Shown here: piece by piece, positions 62,865 to 64,000 of the stretch | Position numbering within the stretch: position 1 is the stretch's first letter | Layout: each line of letters begins with the position of its first letter | Position numbers and translations under genes: made by a program | The notes under the pieces: model-generated | The model's input: the letters and a program-made list of their open reading frames with translations, nothing else | What the model was told of the DNA's origin: nothing | Databases searched by the model: none | Source of the DNA: Chloropicon primus | Taxonomy: Eukaryota | Length of the DNA: 64,000 nt | Direction of reading: 5' to 3' | Assembly: GCA_023205875.1 (NCBI GenBank) | Contig: CP060757.1 | Span: 1,240,001-1,304,000 of the forward strand

Positions 62865-64000
62865 ATGGTGGGGTTCGGGCAGCAGATAAAGCGGGAGGCC
62901 CCGGACGGCTGGGGGGACATGATGCTCGACTACGAAGCCCTGAAGCACAGGATCAAGCTAGCAAAAGGCGCAGGGACGGACCTCCTGGTGAGGAAGGCTT
63001 TGGAGAATTCTTTTCAGCACCTCTTGGACAGCGAATTGGAGAAGGTGCTGGCCTTCTACAAGACGATCTCGCCGGGTCTCGTGAGGAGCATCGGCGCCTT
63101 GAAGGCCGAGACGGGGCGCGTCGCGAGAGCGCTTCACAAGAGCGAGGACGTGGAGAGGCTTGCGAGCCAGTGGGTCGCGGAGGCGCAGAATTTGCATAAG
63201 CTTCTGTTGTACCTGTCTCTCAACCTTGAGGCGCTCAGGAAAATCCTCAAGAAGGCCAACAAGTCTAGCTGCCTCTCCGTCGAGCCCAGGCCAGGTCTCG
63301 TGAAGCTCCGGTTGCAGCTGGGGGACTGGAACGTGGAGCAAGGCTCGTTCCTTCCGGCGGACATTGTCGAGGAGATAAACGTCATGAAGGACCATCCAGA
63401 ATTGGAGGAGGCCGCCGTGACAGTCAAGGTCGCCCTGCAGGAGCTGGACGTGATGAGAAAGCAGCACGCGAAGGGAGGGAGGCTGTCTCTCCATGCCTTC
63501 AGCAGGGAAGGAAGGAGCAGCCACCGCGTGAACAAGTCCTTGAAGGTTCTGCACTCTCAGGTGGAGAAGGTCAGGCTGGCGCAGATTCAGATTGCTCTGG
63601 ACGACGTGGGGAACCGAGCCAAGGCCGCGGCGAGCATAATCGAGGCGACCCCGTATCTCCACCTTGTCGCGAAGGCGGGAATTTTCACGCCGGCGCCCCC
63701 CGAGAACAGGGCGCATGCCACGGTCCAGGGTCTCCTCATCAACCTCGCGGGGGCGTTTCTTTACATGACCAATTACAACCTCGTTCTGCCGACGAACGAG
63801 GCGTACCTGAATCACCTCGACTCCTCTTCCAGTTACGCCGGAGCAGTGGTGGGTTTCTCGGATCTGACAGCAGTCGCCGTATCCTTCGTATACGGGTGGT
63901 GGAGCAACCACACCTTCAAGCAGCCCTTGGTCGCCAGCTCCCTGCTGTCCCTTTTGGGAAACTTGCTGTACGTCGCGGCCTGGGATTCGAGCCCAGGCGG
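62865..64000 (+). CDS. SPX-MFS phosphate transporter (PHT5/VPT-like); runs off window
   Basis: Translated by hand (absent from the ORF track): MVGFGQQIK..LDYEALKHRIK..LDSELEKVLAFY..LNLEALRKILKK, then MFS LYMTNYNLVLPT..KQPLV..GNLLY. Confidence 0.88.
   Translation, partial: MVGFGQQIKREAPDGWGDMMLDYEALKHRIKLAKGAGTDLLVRKALENSFQHLLDSELEKVLAFYKTISPGLVRSIGALKAETGRVARALHKSEDVERLASQWVAEAQNLHKLLLYLSLNLEALRKILKKANKSSCLSVEPRPGLVKLRLQLGDWNVEQGSFLPADIVEEINVMKDHPELEEAAVTVKVALQELDVMRKQHAKGGRLSLHAFSREGRSSHRVNKSLKVLHSQVEKVRLAQIQIALDDVGNRAKAAASIIEATPYLHLVAKAGIFTPAPPENRAHATVQGLLINLAGAFLYMTNYNLVLPTNEAYLNHLDSSSSYAGAVVGFSDLTAVAVSFVYGWWSNHTFKQPLVASSLLSLLGNLLYVAAWDSSPG

Overview
Very compact, GC-rich eukaryotic nuclear DNA from a green alga. 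The plastid-targeted genes, UGUAA-type poly(A) signals, few short introns and a 'WLRSQDPPCPW' ankyrin-like repeat suggest a Chloropicon-like picoalga (inference). About 38 protein-coding genes are supported, mostly housekeeping (DCAF11, SepSecS, SCD1-like, PKA-C, SSRP1, NDUFS6, UVSSA, MAU2, RPN5, TPS, ARP3, STN1, SPX-MFS), plus several cilium/centriole-associated genes at 40-50 kb. The standout is a stand-alone Fanzor2-type (eukaryotic TnpB-like) RNA-guided nuclease at ~6382-8553 with an intact, Fanzor-type rearranged RuvC triad. It is followed by a structured, G-U-rich + strand RNA (8546-8712) with a predicted pseudoknot, consistent with an omegaRNA. The 3' pseudoknot strand is also a perfect spliceosomal donor (CAG|GTAAGT), and an acceptor-like site lies at 8874, suggesting possible splicing control of the guide RNA. 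All identifications come from motif recognition by eye; no searches were run.
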